DNA of 63,026 nucleotides, counting the filler, from Chiloscyllium plagiosum (lineage: Eukaryota), in assembly GCF_004010195.1 (NCBI RefSeq). It is 3 parts of one record of this genome, joined end to end, with 100 filler letters (N's around TTAATTAATTAA, not from the genome) between each part and the next. Parts side by side here need not be neighbours in the genome. Positions count along the whole stretch, not along the records: positions 26,371 to 46,278 come from NC_057714.1; positions 46,379 to 63,026 come from NC_057714.1; 1 more part is not named here. One strand, written 5' to 3'. A model generated the notes under the pieces. The model had not been told where the DNA came from. It did not search any database and saw nothing but the letters and a program-made list of their open reading frames with translations. This document shows, in pieces, positions 39,190-53,412 of the stretch. Within the stretch, counting starts at the first letter, position 1. Each line of letters starts with the position of its first letter. Made by a program: the position numbers and the translations under genes.

Positions 39190-39900
39190 CACAATGTGCT
39201 TACTCTGCTTATTTCTCTTTTAATACTGCAAGCGTTTGCAGGCAGTGCATGAGTCCAGTGTGGTCATTCCCGTCTCAAACAGTGATACTGTTTTAGATAC
39301 TGTTTGAGGAGCATGAGCTCTCCAGGAAAGCAACAGCAGTAGCCAGGTCAATGACACCATGATTGGCATTGTTGTACAGCAAGGAGGGTCAAAGTGTAGG
39401 CAAGCAGCAGTGATAAGGGACTTTAAGGTTAGGGGCACAATTAGGTGTTTCTGTGGCTATGACTGAGATTCTAGGCTGCTGTGTTGCCTCCATGGTGCGG
39501 GGGTGAAGGATTTCTATGAAGGGACAAAGGATAGGGGAGGGTGAACAGCTAGAGATCATGGTCTATACGGGTACTAACAACAGAGGCAGAAAGAGAGACG
39601 TGGTCCTGCAAAGGGAATTTAGGAAGTTAGGTAGGAAGTTGAAAATCTTGTGATTATTACTCCTTGTGTCATATGCTTGTGGGTCCATAAATAGCAAGAA
39701 AATACAGCCAAGTGCATGGCTCAAGAGCTGGTGTAGGAGCATGAACTTCAGGTATCTGGATATTTGGCAACTCTTCCAGGGCTGGAAGAGGAAGGACAGG
39801 TTGCACCTAAACTGGAGGGGCACCAATATCTTTACTGGGAGGTTGGCTAGTACCATTCGAGAGAGTTTAAACTAATGTGGCAGTGAGTGGGAACCAGAGC
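39190..39900 (+). mobile_element. CR1 ORF1 SGNH-esterase region, degenerate
   Basis: CCL.GA.VKD, GTNN and DRLHLNWRG motifs. Confidence 0.7.
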
Positions 39901-40662
39901 AGTAGATTAAAATGTGGAGTGATTGAGGAAAAGGTTGATGTTAATTCAGAAAATTCTAATACAAGTAGTTCTCCTCTAACGCTGTATTGTGTTCCTGTGT
40001 GACATAGTGTTATAGAAAATCATGCAGGAGAAATAATGGGGTCTATGGCAAAAATAAGATTGGGACGAACCACCAAAAATGCGAGTAAAAATCAAAACAG
40101 AAATATTAGTTAGCATAACACAAATGATAGCTCAGCCTAAGTCAATTTTGACCTGTTGTAACTGGCCTGTTGTACACTACTGTATAGTGCAATTCATCAG
40201 AATCCTCAACTGATTACCCCTGATTGGCATCTATACCTGTTGGCTGCACTATGTTCCAGCCAGTCTTCTGATCCCATCCAATGCTAACACTGCACAAGTC
40301 AGATCCCAGAATGAATCCTGCCTTGATAGATCAAGGGCTGAATCTTAATTTCTTTCGCTAAGTGTCAGTTTTGTCAAGTTTTTCAGTGGGTTTTACATTG
40401 TGATGCTAGGGGATGTCTATCACTTATTTTATAAAACTTGCCTGATGATTTATTACCGACCCCACCATTTGGTGCCCCTCTCATACATTCTAGCACCCTC
40501 ATGCCATGTGCCATTTCCAAAAGAATTCACTACCTACTGGATATCCCAGAATTGACCAACATCTGTGGTGCAGCACCATCTTTAAAATGATATTGTGCGC
40601 CCAGACAAGAGCTGTAATTTTGCAGCTGCCCTGTGTGGTTTCTGACATTGGCCCGAGACATG

Positions 40663-41003
40663 GGAGAAAGTGAGCACTGCAGATGCTGGAGGTCAGAGTT
40701 GAGAGTTTGGTGCTGGAAACGCACAGCTGGTCAGGCAGCATCCGAACAGCAGAAGAATAGATATTTCGGCACAAGCCCTTCATCACAAATGAGGCTTGTG
40801 AGAGGGGTTGAGAGATAAATGGGAGGGGGGTAGGGTTGGGAAGAGGCAGCTGGAAAAACGATAGATGGATGAAGGTGAGGGAGAAGGCGATAGGTGAAAG
40901 GGGAAACAAGCCTCATTCCAGATGAAGGCTTATGCTCGAAATGTCGATTCTCCTGCTCCTCTGATTCTGCCTGACCGGCTGTGCTTTTCTAGCACCACAT
41001 CCT
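40663..41003. mobile_element. Fold-back PLE-derived insertion
   Basis: Inverted terminal arms; TSD agacatg at 40656-40662 and 41004-41010. Confidence 0.75.
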
Positions 41004-41954
41004 AGACATGACAGATTAAGGAAAATTAGTCAAAGGAGCAAAAGTGAGGGTTGTAGATGCTGGAGATCAGAGTCTAGATTAGAGTGGTGCTGGAAAAGCA
41101 CAGCAGGTCAGGCAGCATCCGAGGAGTAGGCCTCTCTTTGTCTGCAGTGACATAGAGGTGAGGTGATGCAGAGGCAGAATATCCTTTTCTCCCAGGCCAA
41201 CAGAGGAAGCCATTCTACTGGAACCATGTCAACCTGAACCAGGGTTAACATCCAGACCAGTGTAGTCCCAAACATCTGAACGAATGGAAGAAGAAATTCA
41301 ATGATTTTCTCTACTCTGCCAGTGAGAGTACCACCATCTTCTCATTGATACCTCACGCTCACTCTATCTCTGCTACAGTACTCATCATTTCCTGCAACAT
41401 CTTCCCCACTCTCACTCATCCTCACTAACATCTGACCCTGACTAACCCTGAATCTCATCTGCACATATTACCTATCCCCTCAGGACACGTCTACACATGC
41501 ACCAAATGTAATAGTGTACCACCCACCTTTCTCTCCCTCACCCAATATGTGTATAGTTTCCTGATTCTGACCATACTGAGCAGCTGACTGATCGTGTCCA
41601 AGCCCCTGTGCTAGTATTTGTAGTTGGTTTCAATAGTGATTAGTCACTAAAACAGATTCACGTAAGTCTGCAGAATTTTTTAACATTTCAATTCCAGCGA
41701 AATTTCACTCCTATCTCAACTTTTTAAGTTTTTAAATGAACAAATAGCTTCCAGCTTCATGTCCTCAGGCTGCAGAGACATTATCACAACGCTGTTCCAA
41801 ATCCACCAGCACAAACATTTCACAACATCTTTCATTAAGATCCTTATGAGAAAGCACACTAGCTGACTGACCATGCGATGCAGACATGGAGTCCAGTCTT
41901 CCACACACCGCAACACCTAGTGCTGGGGATGAGAATTGCGTGACAGTGAATAGG

Positions 41955-43656
41955 AATAATCCCAGGATACTGATTGAAACAAGGGCGGAGATTGCTGCGG
42001 CCTTGACATCTTTGTATCCTCTTTAGCCACAGGTGAGGTCAAAGAAGATTGAGGAATAGACAATGTTGTTCCTTTGTTTAAGAAGGGCAACAGGGATAAT
42101 CCAGAAAATTAGCCAGTGAACCTTACATCAGTGGTCTGGTATGTGAGTTTGCAGATGTCGCAAAACTTAGTGGAGCTGTGGATAGTGAAGAAGGTTATCA
42201 AGGATATAGCAGGATACAGAATCAGTTGGAAATTTGGGTGGAGAAATGCCAGATGGAGTTTCATCCAGACAAATATGAAGTGATGCATTTTGAGAGGTCA
42301 GATGCAAGAGGAAAGCATATAGTAAATGGCAGGTCCCTTAGGATCGTAGATATGCAGAGAAATCTTGGGGTCCATGCCCATAATTTCCTGGAAGTGGCAA
42401 TCCATGTGAATAAAGTGATAAAGAAGGCATTCATCGGGCATTGAATATAAAAGTTGGCAAGTCACATTGCAGTTGTATAAGACTTTAGTTAGGCCACATT
42501 TAGAGCTGTTGTAGCGGCCCATGGCTAAAGTTGACAAAATGGCTGTCTGGTCCTTTTTAGCTGACACAACATGGCCAAAAAGGATTGGCAGCTATCAATG
42601 GCAGATGTTCACAGTCAGACTTGTGGTGTCTATGTAGAGATACTGGATAAGATTCTCCATAGGAAGAAACATCAAGGAAGGTAATTAGGTTTCTGTAAGC
42701 AAGCAGTTCTAATCACATAAACATTTTAATAAGGGACATTTTTGAAAGGTCTGGCTAAGCCTATTTGCAGATGACATTAAGGTCGATAGAGTTGTGGATA
42801 GTGCTGAAGGATATTGCAGGTTACAGAAGGACAGAGATATGCTGCAGAGCTGGGCTGAAAGGTAGCAAATGGAATTTAATGCAGAAAAGCATGAGGTGAT
42901 TCACTTTGGAAGGAGCAACAGGAATATAGATTACTGGGCTAATGGTAAGATTCTTGGTGGTGTAGATGAGTAGAGAGATCTTGGAGTCCGTGTACATAGA
43001 TCTCTCAAAGTTGCCACCCAAGTCGATAGGGTTATTAAGAAGGCATAGGTGTGTTAGCTTTTATTGGTAGAGAGATTGAGCTTCGGAGCCACAAGGTCAT
43101 GCTGCAGCTGTACAAAACTCTGGTGCAGCCACACTTGGAGTATTGCATACAGTTCTGGTCACCGAATTATAAGAAGCATGTGGAAACTTTGGAAAGGGTT
43201 CAGAGGAGATGTACGAGGATGTTGCCTGGTATGAAGGGAAGGTCTTATGAGGAAAGGCTGAGGGACTTGAGGCTGTTTTTGTTAGAGAGAAGAAGGTTGA
43301 GAGGTGACTTAATAGAGATATATAAGATAATCAGAGGGTTAGATAGGGTGGACAGTGAGAGCCTTTTTCCTCGGATGGTGATGGCTAGCATGAGGGGACA
43401 TAGCTTTAAATTGAGGTGTGATAGATATAGAACAGATATTAGGGGTAGTTTCTTTACACAGACAGTAGTAGGGGCGAGTAACATGCTGCCTGCAACAGTA
43501 GTAGACTTGCCAAGTTTAAGGGCATTTAAATGGTCATTGGATAAACATATGGAAAAAAATCGAATAGTGCAGGTTAAATAGGCTTCAGATTGGTTCCACA
43601 GGTCGGTGCAACATCGAGTGCCAAAGGGCCTGTATTGCACTGTAATGACCTATGTT
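41955..43656 (+). mobile_element. Two CR1 ORF2 fragments (about 41955-42500 and 42755-43656)
   Basis: ORFs 42178-42444 and 43051-43581 (LYKTLV.PHLEYC..RGHSFKL). Confidence 0.88.
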
Positions 43657-44088
43657 NNNNNNNNNNNNNNNNNNNNNNNNNNNNNNNNNNNNNNNNNNNN
43701 NNNNNNNNNNNNNNNNNNNNNNNNNNNNNNNNNNNNNNNNNNNNNNNNNNNNNNNNNNNNNNNNNNNNNNNNNNNNNNNNNNNNNNNNNNNNNNNNNNNN
43801 NNNNNNNNNNNNNNNNNNNNNNNNNNNNNNNNNNNNNNNNNNNNNNNNNNNNNNNNNNNNNNNNNNNNNNNNNNNNNNNNNNNNNNNNNNNNNNNNNNNN
43901 NNNNNNNNNNNNNNNNNNNNNNNNNNNNNNNNNNNNNNNNNNNNNNNNNNNNNNNNNNNNNNNNNNNNNNNNNNNNNNNNNNNNNNNNNNNNNNNNNNNN
44001 NNNNNNNNNNNNNNNNNNNNNNNNNNNNNNNNNNNNNNNNNNNNNNNNNNNNNNNNNNNNNNNNNNNNNNNNNNNNNNNNNNNNNNNN
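43657..44088. other. Assembly gap
   Basis: Run of N. Confidence 1.
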
Positions 44089-44221
44089 TGTAGGGCTTTT
44101 GCCCGAAACGTCGATTTTGCCTGTCCTCGGATGCTGCCTGAATTGCTGTGCTCTTCCAGCACCACTGATCCAGAATCTGGTTTCCAGCATCTGCAGTCAT
44201 TGTTTTTACCTCGCAGGACTT

Positions 44222-44878
44222 TCTAAGCCTCTTAATAACCAAGAAAGCTGTGGACCCACAAACTATCAGAAGAATTACTCTTTGTTTTTCATCTGCCCCA
44301 ATGTCATTTGCCCCCAAAAATGCATTCGTTCCACATACTGGGCCCAGTCTTTGATGGTGCCGCAGAGGTTTCATGATTGGGTACTAGCCTCTGTGGCACT
44401 ATTTCAGTGGTGACACGAAAGAAATTCTGAGGAAATTTTCTCACAACAGTTGTCTGAGTCGTGTTAAGCATTTTTGACATCATGCTGTTATTTGGGAAGC
44501 TTGACTCATTTGTTCCAGCCATCAAAGATTAGGCCCAGTATGTGGAAAGAATGCATTTTCTTTTTGAGCAAATGACATTAGGGCAGATGATAAACAAAGA
44601 ATAATTCTCCTGATAGCTTGTGGACCCACAGCTTTCTCAGTTATGAGGAGGCTAACCTTCCTTGAAGCACCAGATACTAAAACCTTTCAAGAGTTGATGG
44701 ATTTAGTTGAGGAATATTAATGCCCCAAGCCTCCTTTAATTCTGAGTCACTATCATTTTTACTCAGCAATTCAATGACCAGGGGAATCTGCATCGAGGCT
44801 CTGAGGACTGGCTCTGAAGGCCATATGTAAATAAAATGTGACTTGGTAATGGGATGTCAGCCTTTGTGAAGTTATTTC
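44222..44878 (+). mobile_element. Internally deleted Gypsy-like LTR element (gag N-terminus) with an inverted gag copy
   Basis: Gag-like ANDIGADEKQRVILLIVCG; LTR-like ends ...tatttca at 44406 and 44878; tggtgac PBS-like sequence after the first. Confidence 0.55.
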
Positions 44879-45299
44879 ACTTCCTTTGCAATTAAGAAAT
44901 TTCCAAACATGTAGAAGCACTTAACTGACAACACACAATTACGTGAAAAGCTAAGATATGTTTCAAAGCAAAATAGGCAAAAACAGAACGTACTGAGATC
45001 AGAAAACTTTATTTCCAAGTTGACAAAATTGACATATGAAAGTATGTTGTTCACAGACTTAACTTGCTTTCCTGTGAGGGATAAGAGGGAGAATAGATTT
45101 TGATACAAACTTCAGCTGTTGTTTCTGCTAAGTGTAAGTTAAAAATTCAAGAATGTAGGAGAAATACTTTGTAAACATTGATCCTACCATCACCAGATTT
45201 GCCCTTCTGATATTAGCAGATGGTGAAGAACTCATTGACACAATTGAAAACATGTCCTGATGGTTGAACATTATTATAGGTTGAAGTCTTGTGAGACAG

Positions 45300-46070
45300 T
45301 CATTTCCCAATCTGTGTTTGGCTCTGTGTAGCTTCCTGTTAGGATTGAGTTTAATGGGGAACATCATCACTGAGCTCAGAAATACCATGAGTTCTTGGCA
45401 GGCATGCAGCAAAGGTAAAATTCTGCTCAAGCCTGGAATGTCCCATCGACTGTCACCATTTCATGACCTCCTTCTCCATTGAGATGTAGGATCTGTTCCA
45501 TAGGAAGGCATATGCAAAAATCATCACAATAGGCAAAAGCAAATGTACCCAGAGGAGATTGCAACAGCCACAAGGACATCCCATTCCTTGTAATCACTGA
45601 GAAACCATCCTGAAAGTAATGTGAAGGAAAACTAATCCTATCTACTTGCATACTGAATGGATCCAAGCACAGTTACAGATTCCATGCTGGCAGATCTACT
45701 GGGGAAGCGATATTCCTCATGCACTAGCAACAAGAACTGTGTCGGGAACAGGGTATATCCTTTTAACTTGCTTTCATAAATCCCACTAAAGCATTCAACA
45801 CCATCTGCAGAGAAAGACTCAACATAATTTTGGAGAAAGTTGGCTGAATGCCAAAATTCCTCAATTTCACCCGTAGCCTTAAGTGCACCACATTCTAAGT
45901 TTTGTAGCACCATATCCAACTGGGTGAAGACTGGAGTGAAACAAGATTGCATCCTAATTCCACATTTATTTGGCATTTTGTTTTCTATACTCCTAACCCT
46001 TGACTCTGTTACAAGCATGGATGAAGATTGCCTACTTATTGGATTAATTGGCAAGCTCTACAGTTTTTAA
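45300..46070 (+). mobile_element. RTE-clade LINE RT fragment
   Basis: QELCREQ..AFINPTKAFNTI and VKTGVKQDCILIPHLFGILFS. Confidence 0.75.
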
Positions 46071-46071
46071 A

Positions 46072-46278
46072 AATGTGTTGCTGGAAAAGTGCAGCAGGTC
46101 AGGCAGCATCAAAGGAGAAGGAGAATCGACGTTTCGGGCATAAGCCCTTCTTCAGGAATGAGGAGGGTGTGCCAAGCAGGCTAAGATAAAAGGTAGGGAG
46201 GAGGGAGTTGGGGGAGGGGCGTTGGAAATGCGATAGGTGGAAGGAGGTTAAGGTGAGGGTGATAGGCCGGAGAGGGGG
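46072..46278 (-). mobile_element. PLE terminal repeat, young, with hammerhead core
   Basis: Reverse complement reads cctgaagaagggcttatgcccgaaacgtcg. Confidence 0.8.
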
Positions 46279-46378
46279 NNNNNNNNNNNNNNNNNNNNNN
46301 NNNNNNNNNNNNNNNNNNNNNNTTAATTAATTAANNNNNNNNNNNNNNNNNNNNNNNNNNNNNNNNNNNNNNNNNNNN

Positions 46379-47925
46379 GGATTGTACTCATTGGAGTTTA
46401 GAAGGTTAAGGGGAGATCTAATCGAAACTTACAAGATAATACATGGCTTGGAAAGTGTGGACGCTAAGAAATTGTTTCCATTAGGTGGGGAGACTAGGAT
46501 CCGTGGGCACAGTCTTAAAATTAGAGGGGATCAATCAACAGAAATGCGGAGACATTTCTTCAGCCAGAGAGTGGTGGGCCTGTGGAATTCATTGCCGCAG
46601 AGTGCAGTGGAGGCCGGGACGCTAAATGTCTTCAAGGCAGAGATTGATAAATTCTTGATATCACAAGGAATTAAGGGCTACGGGGAGAATGCGGGTAAGT
46701 GGAGTTGAAATGCCCATCAGCCATGATTAAATGGTGGAGTAGACTCGATGGGCCGAATGGTCTTACTTCCACACCTATGTCTTATGGTCTTATGGTCTTA
46801 TGGAGGTGTTGTGGACAGCAAAGATGGTTATCTCAGATTACAATGTGATCTTGATCAGATGGGCCAATGGGCTGAGAAGTGGCAGATGAAGTTTAATTTA
46901 GATAAATGTGAGGTGCTGCATTTTGGGAAAGCAGGACTTATACACTTAATGGCAAGGTCCTCAGGAGTGTTGCTGAACAAAGTGAGGGTTCATAGCTCCT
47001 TGAAAGTGGAGTCGCAGGTACATAGGATAGTGAAGAAGGCATTTGGTATGCTTTCCTTTATTGGTCAGAGTTTTGAGTACAGGAGTACATTCCTGATGAA
47101 GGGCTTTTGCCTGAAATGTCGATTTTCCTGCTCCTCAGATGTAGCTTGACCTGCTGTGCTTGTACAGCACCACTCTAATCTAGACTATTGAGTACAGGAG
47201 TTGGGAGGTCATGTTGCAGTTGTACAGGACGTTGGTTAGACCACTGTTGGAATGTCGCGTTCAATTCCGGTCTCCTCCCTATCGGAAATACATCTTTGTA
47301 GGAGTTCTTCAGGGTAGTGTCTGAGGCCCAAACATCTGCAGCTGCTTCATCAATGGCCTTCTCTCTATCAGAGGGTCAGAAGTGCGACAAGGTTCCCCAT
47401 GGGAGATTGGTTAGCAAGGTTAGTTGTGAAACTTGAAAGGGTTCAGAAAAGATTTACAAGGATGTTGCCAGGGTGGAGGATTTGGGCTATAGGGATAGGT
47501 TGAATAGGCTGGGGCTGTTTTCCCTGAGGGTGACCTTATAGAGGTTTATAAAATCATGAGGGGCATGAATTGGATAAATAGACAAGATATTTTCCCTGGG
47601 GTGGGGGAGTCCAGAACTAGAGGGCATAAGTTTAGGGTAAGAGGGGAAAGATATAAAAGAGACCTAAGGGGCAACTCTTTCATGCAGAGGGTGGTGCATG
47701 TATGGAATGAGCTGCCAGAGGAAGTGCTGGAGGCTAGTACAATTGCAATATTTAAAAGGTACGTGGATGAGCATATGAACAAGAAGGGTTTTGAGGGATA
47801 TGGGCCGGGTGCTGGCAAATTGGGCTAGATTAGGTTAGGATATCTGGTCGGCATGGATGAGTTGGACCAAGGGGTTTGTTTCCATGCTGTACATCTTTAT
47901 GACTTTATGACTCTATGACTCTAAG
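46379..47925 (+). mobile_element. Stacked CR1 3' fragments with a PLE insert (47087-47187)
   Basis: ORFs 46382-46708, 46748-47149 and 47556-47828; insert flanked by TSD ttgagtacaggagt. Confidence 0.88.
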
Positions 47926-48830
47926 TGGGGATGTTTGCCAATGATTTTACAATGTTCAGCACCATTTATGACTCCTCAGATACTGAAGCAGTCCAAGTTC
48001 AAGTACGCCAAGATCTGGACCATATGCAGGCTTGGACTGAGAAGTGACAAGTGATATTTGTGCCATTTAAGGGCCAGAATATGACCACTTCCACTGATAG
48101 AGTACCTAACCATCACTCTTTGCTATTCAATGGCATTACTATTGCCGAACTCCCAACAATCAACATTCTCACATTGTCATTGACTAGAACATGAATGGCT
48201 CTCGCCATATAAAATGTTGTTAAAACAGTAGTTCAGAGGTGAAGAATCCTGCAGTGAGTAACTTACCTCCTGACACTGCAAAGAACATGCACAAAGCACA
48301 AGTCAGGAGTATGAAGGAATATTCCCCACTTGCCTGGAAGAGTGCAGCTCCAAGAACATTCAAAAAGCTTGACATTATCTGGGACAAAGCAGCTGCTTGA
48401 AAGGCACCACATCTACCCCCTCTATCATCGACACTCAGCAGCAGTGATGTGTACTGTGCATCGGGTGCACTGCAGAACTTCACCAAATTCACTACCTTCC
48501 AAATCAACATCTAGAGGAAAAGGGCAGCAGACACCCACTAACCCTCCCAGATTTCCTGTCAAGTCACTCACCATCCTCGCTTGGAAATGTATCATCATTC
48601 CTTCAGTGTCAGTGTGTCAAAATTTTGGAATTCTCTCCACCAAGCATTGTGACTATTAGACTGTAAGCATGCTTCACATTTCAGTTGGAGCTGTGATTGA
48701 AATCTTGTGGCAGGAATGTGGAGCCCAAATGAACTGTAGTGGTTCAAAAAGGCAGCCCAAAACCATGTCTTCGCAGGGTAACTAGAGCAATAAATGAGCA
48801 ATGAATCCCAGTTCCCATGAGTGAATTGAA
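47925..48830 (+). mobile_element. Divergent CR1-like LINE 3' portion
   Basis: MFAND, YKAQVRS.MEY-like motifs; degenerate. Confidence 0.6.
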
Positions 48831-49447
48831 ATAAATCAAACAAAAAGATACAAAATAAGTAAACATTTATTAAGAACCATTTATGTAAGAAACAGGGAGA
48901 TAAAGAGAGAAATGTCCTGAGGAAAGTGAACCAAGAAACAGAGATACATAAAGTTAGAAGAAAAAAATTTCAAGATACAGATTGCCAGAAAGCCAGGAAG
49001 GACTTTGCAAATAAAGTGAGAAGATTAAATGGTGAAACAGAGAATACAAGTAAACAGGTCATCATAATGAAAGGGACATTGGTCAATTTCTTTTCCAAGA
49101 AATGGAAAATTGTCATGCTTCTATTTCTGGGATAACAGAGCTCCACATTTCTGTCACAAAATTCAAATCACAGCTCCATTAGAAATGTGGAGCATTCCTA
49201 CAATCTAATAGCCCACTTGTTGCGTAAGGTGGTCATGGAGATGAAAATATGTCCCCTTTTTCACAGCAGTGGTTGCTGTTTTCTGTGAGTTAAATATCTG
49301 GTATCACTGGCAGCCATTTTGACAGCTCCTATGAAAGGGGACCTATGTAATGTAAGCGTGGAGTTAGAATGCCTGGTGGGTAAGGTGTCATGTGGGTAGG
49401 TTGCAACGTGGATAGGGTGAAAGGGTATCAAGTAGGTAGGTGCGTGG

Positions 49448-51650
49448 TCATAGTCCTATAGTCATAGAGATGTACAACACAGAAACAGACCCTTCAGTCC
49501 AACTCATCCATACTTGCCTCTTAAATGTTGCAATTGTACCAGCCTCCACCACTTCCTCTGGCAGCTCATTCCATACCCGTACCACCCTCTGTGTGAAAAA
49601 GTTCCCCCTTAGGTCTCTTTTATATCTTTCCCCTCTCATCCTAAACCTATGCCCTCTCTTTTTGCACTCCCCCACTCCAGGGAAAAGACTTTGTCTATTT
49701 ATCCTATCCATGCTCCTCATAATTTTGTAAACATCTATAAGGTCACCCCTCAGCCTCTGACGCTCGAGGGAAAACAGCCCCAGCCTGTTCAGCCTCCCCC
49801 TATAGCTCAAATCCAGTTAAAAAGGATGCCAGGTGAATAGGGTGTTGTTGTTCAAGGTGGGGAAGATGCCAGGGCAATATGGGCATCATGCATGTTTAAG
49901 GTAGATTTTCATTCATGGGGCCTATTAGGTCTACCTGGAAAAGAGTATTTGTTCTGTCTGGCAAGGGGGAGGAGACATGTGAGGTTTGGCGGCAGGATGA
50001 AGTGTCGGACTTAGTGGCAGAGGACTCCAGTGTTGGTGGAGTCAGAGAGAACTACAGCACATAAAAAAGCCCTTTAGCCCATTCCATCCATGCTAGTCAA
50101 AAACAACTATAAAATCCTGAGCGGTACAGATAAGGTGAGTGGCAGATGTTTTTTCCCCAGGGTGGGGGATTTCAAGACTAGGAGGACATATTTTTAAGGT
50201 TAGAGAAGAAAGATTTAAAAAAGGCACGGGGGCAACCTTTTTACACTGAGAGTGATTCATGTGTGGAATGAACTTCCAGAGGAAGTGATAGATATGAGTA
50301 CAGTTACAACGTTTAAAAGGCATTTTAAAAAGTGCATGATTAAGAAATATTTGGACGGATATGGGCCAAGCACAGGTTGATGGGATCAGTTTAGTTTGTG
50401 ATTATGGTTGGCATGGACAAGTTGGACTGAAGGGTCTGTCTCTGTGCTGCATGACTCTATGACTCTATAACTACATAATTATTCTAATTCTCACCTCTAG
50501 CACATTGCACATAGGCTTTTATGCCTTGCATGCAAATGCATGTCTAAATATTTCTTAAATGTCAAGAAGGTTTCTGTCTCTATCGCTCTTACAAGCAGTG
50601 AGTTCCAGATTCCTGCAACTGTCTGGGTGAAAACCTTTTTTTCTTAAATTGCTTTTCACCCTCCTCCTCCTTACCTTCAATCTCTGTCCCCTGGTCAGTG
50701 ATCCCTACATCGAGAATAACATTTTTTTCCTGTCTACCCTATCTATGCCCCTCACAATTTTACACATGTCAATCATGTTCCCCTCAATCTCCTCTGCTGT
50801 AATGAAAACAACCCCTGTATAGCCAATCTCTCTTCATAAACGAAACTCTCCAGCTCTGGCAACATCCTGGTGAATCCCCTCTATACTCTCTGCAGTGCAA
50901 TCATATCCTGCCTACAATGTGGAGTCCAGAACTATAGGCAGTATTCTAGGTGTGGCCGAACCAACCTTTTATACCCTTCCAGGATAACCTCCCTGTCCTT
51001 AAACTCTATGCATCAGCTAATAAAGGCAAATATGCCATATGCCTTCTTAAAGTCATAGAGTCATAGAGATGTACAGCATGGAAACATACCCTTTGGTTCA
51101 ACCACTTTATCCACTTTATGTCCTGCTAACATAAGAGATCAGTAGATCAGTGTATATCTACACTGAGGTCCCTTTGATCTTTGGTGATTCCCAGGATCCT
51201 ATCATTCATCAGGTATTCCCTTTTCTTTTTTGTCCTGATCAAGATCATTTTTGAACACTAAAGGAATTAAGGGTTATGGTGAGAGGGTGTGTAAGTGGGA
51301 GTGAAGTCACAAAAAGATTGGCCATTATCTTATTGAATGGTGGAGCAGGCACAAAGGGCCAAATAGCCTACTCATGCTCCTAGTTCATATGTTAGACCAT
51401 AAGACTGAAAGGCATAGGAGCAGAAATTAGTCCATTCGGCCCATCGACTCTGCTCGGCATACAATTATGGCTGATAGGTTTTTCAACTTCATTTTCCATC
51501 TTTCTCCCCATAACCCTTGATCCCCTTGGCAATCAAGAACTTATCGATCTCCATTTTAAATATATTCAATGACCTGGCCTTCTGTGGCAATGGATTCCAC
51601 AGATTCACCACTCTCTGGCTAAAGAAGTTTCTCCATATCTTTGTTCTTAT
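49448..51650. mobile_element. Cluster of CR1 3' fragments in both orientations
   Basis: ORF 49448-49810 (minus); plus copy 50105-50470; minus copy 50480-51240; opposed tails 51250-51650. Confidence 0.8.
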
Positions 51651-53412
51651 ATTCATGCAGCCTTCAGATCCTGAATTGGCTTGTCAGACATCTTTGCACC
51701 CATGGAAGATAGTCATTCTCGCCTGTCAGGTAAAGTTCATTTTTAAAAAAAGTTGTGGTACTCAGAGTCTGGTCATGCATGGACTTCATGGTTTGGATGC
51801 TAAGCACAGGATAACCACCCGACTGCCTCAGTCATCTTGCTGTCCTTCAAAATTACATCATTCAACAACCAATACCCATCATTGCCAGCATATCCAGGAA
51901 ATTCTATTTCACTAAGCTTCAGTCTGAGCTCTGATCGGATTTATTCTTATCTCACCTCAGTCGTTATCTGTGTGTCACTCAGACACATTGTGGATTTAAA
52001 CTGGAGAGGAAAATTGTCAGGCAATATTTCACCTCCGTCTCTCCTCCAGACCAAAACCTTTTCAAACTGTCTTTCATATTTCAGTCCAGGTAGCTGAGAG
52101 TTTATTTATGAGCTGTATTAAAAATCTAACGGCAGTTAAAGGTCACGTAACCCAGGTTTATAGAGTTTTGAGTAACTGTGTTGTTAAATTTGAAGTGTTA
52201 GTTTATTCGGAAGAATTAGAAGTTATTAAATGAATGCATATTCTTCAAAATAATTAAATTAGCCTGAGATCAGAAACACAATACAAAAATAAATCAAAAA
52301 GGTTTCTTTATTTTACTGTGGTTCTTTGAACACAAATTAATGTTGATGGTCTGTAAAACAAGTGTTCATTAAACATTCTTAATTGAGAGAAATGCAATCC
52401 TCCATATCAATTTATAATGGATTCCTATGACTCTTGGTAACATAACCTGGCCTGGAGTTTCTTTCACAATTGTGGCCGGACGCCCATACAATCTAGGTGA
52501 AAATCAAATCTGTGATTTAAAATAATTGTGGGTTTTCAGGCATAAAGCAGAACAACAGCATGCAATATCCAAGTCTCTTCAATTTTTTACATCCATCCAT
52601 CAAACAATCAACTGAATCAGTTTCCTTTCAAGCAGCTAGTCATGCTTTCAACTCCGAACTGCCAACATCATCCAGTTGAGTTTGTTTAGGTTGTCTGTAC
52701 AGATTATGTTGCATAGGGGAAAATATCCGCTTTCCCAATTTTTATTTCAAGTTTTTATTCAGTTTAAAACCTTATACTTACCGAGACCCGCTATGCATGA
52801 TCTCGTGCTTTCATTGCCTTTCTGTGAGCTAAGACGTGTAAACAATTCTCATCCTTAAGGATGAAATAAGTTATGCAGTTACAGTATTTCTTTAGGTATC
52901 AATGATTTATGTTGATTTATGTGCATTTACACCCTTTTATATTTTGAATGCATTTTAATAATATTCAGAATTTACCACCTAGATATCGTTAAAATGGGCA
53001 TAATATTAGGTATATTTTTCATTCTAATATCCAGATTGTGTCTGCAGTGTAAAGTTCAACTCCATATGTCAATCTACATCAGAAAATATTCTTAAAGTAC
53101 AGAAGATCCAGAATTTGAACTTTAGAAGTTCAAAATCCCTGCCCACCTCCCCCCTCCCCCCTCACCCCATCTTATTTTTCAGGCTTTTAATTCAGTTCAT
53201 TATTGTGCCAATCACTCTGGTGAAATCTAATTTTCTTCAGCCACTCAATATTGCATTCTTTGCCTTTTTTACCATGGCAGTTCTTTGTCAGTTAATCTCC
53301 CTATCCCATTCTTTACCCATCACGTTTACTCTCCCTCCCCTTTTAACTTGTTTAAAATTGGAATAAGTTAACGGAGTTGATATCCCATCACCAAGTCACC
53401 CTTCATTTACAC

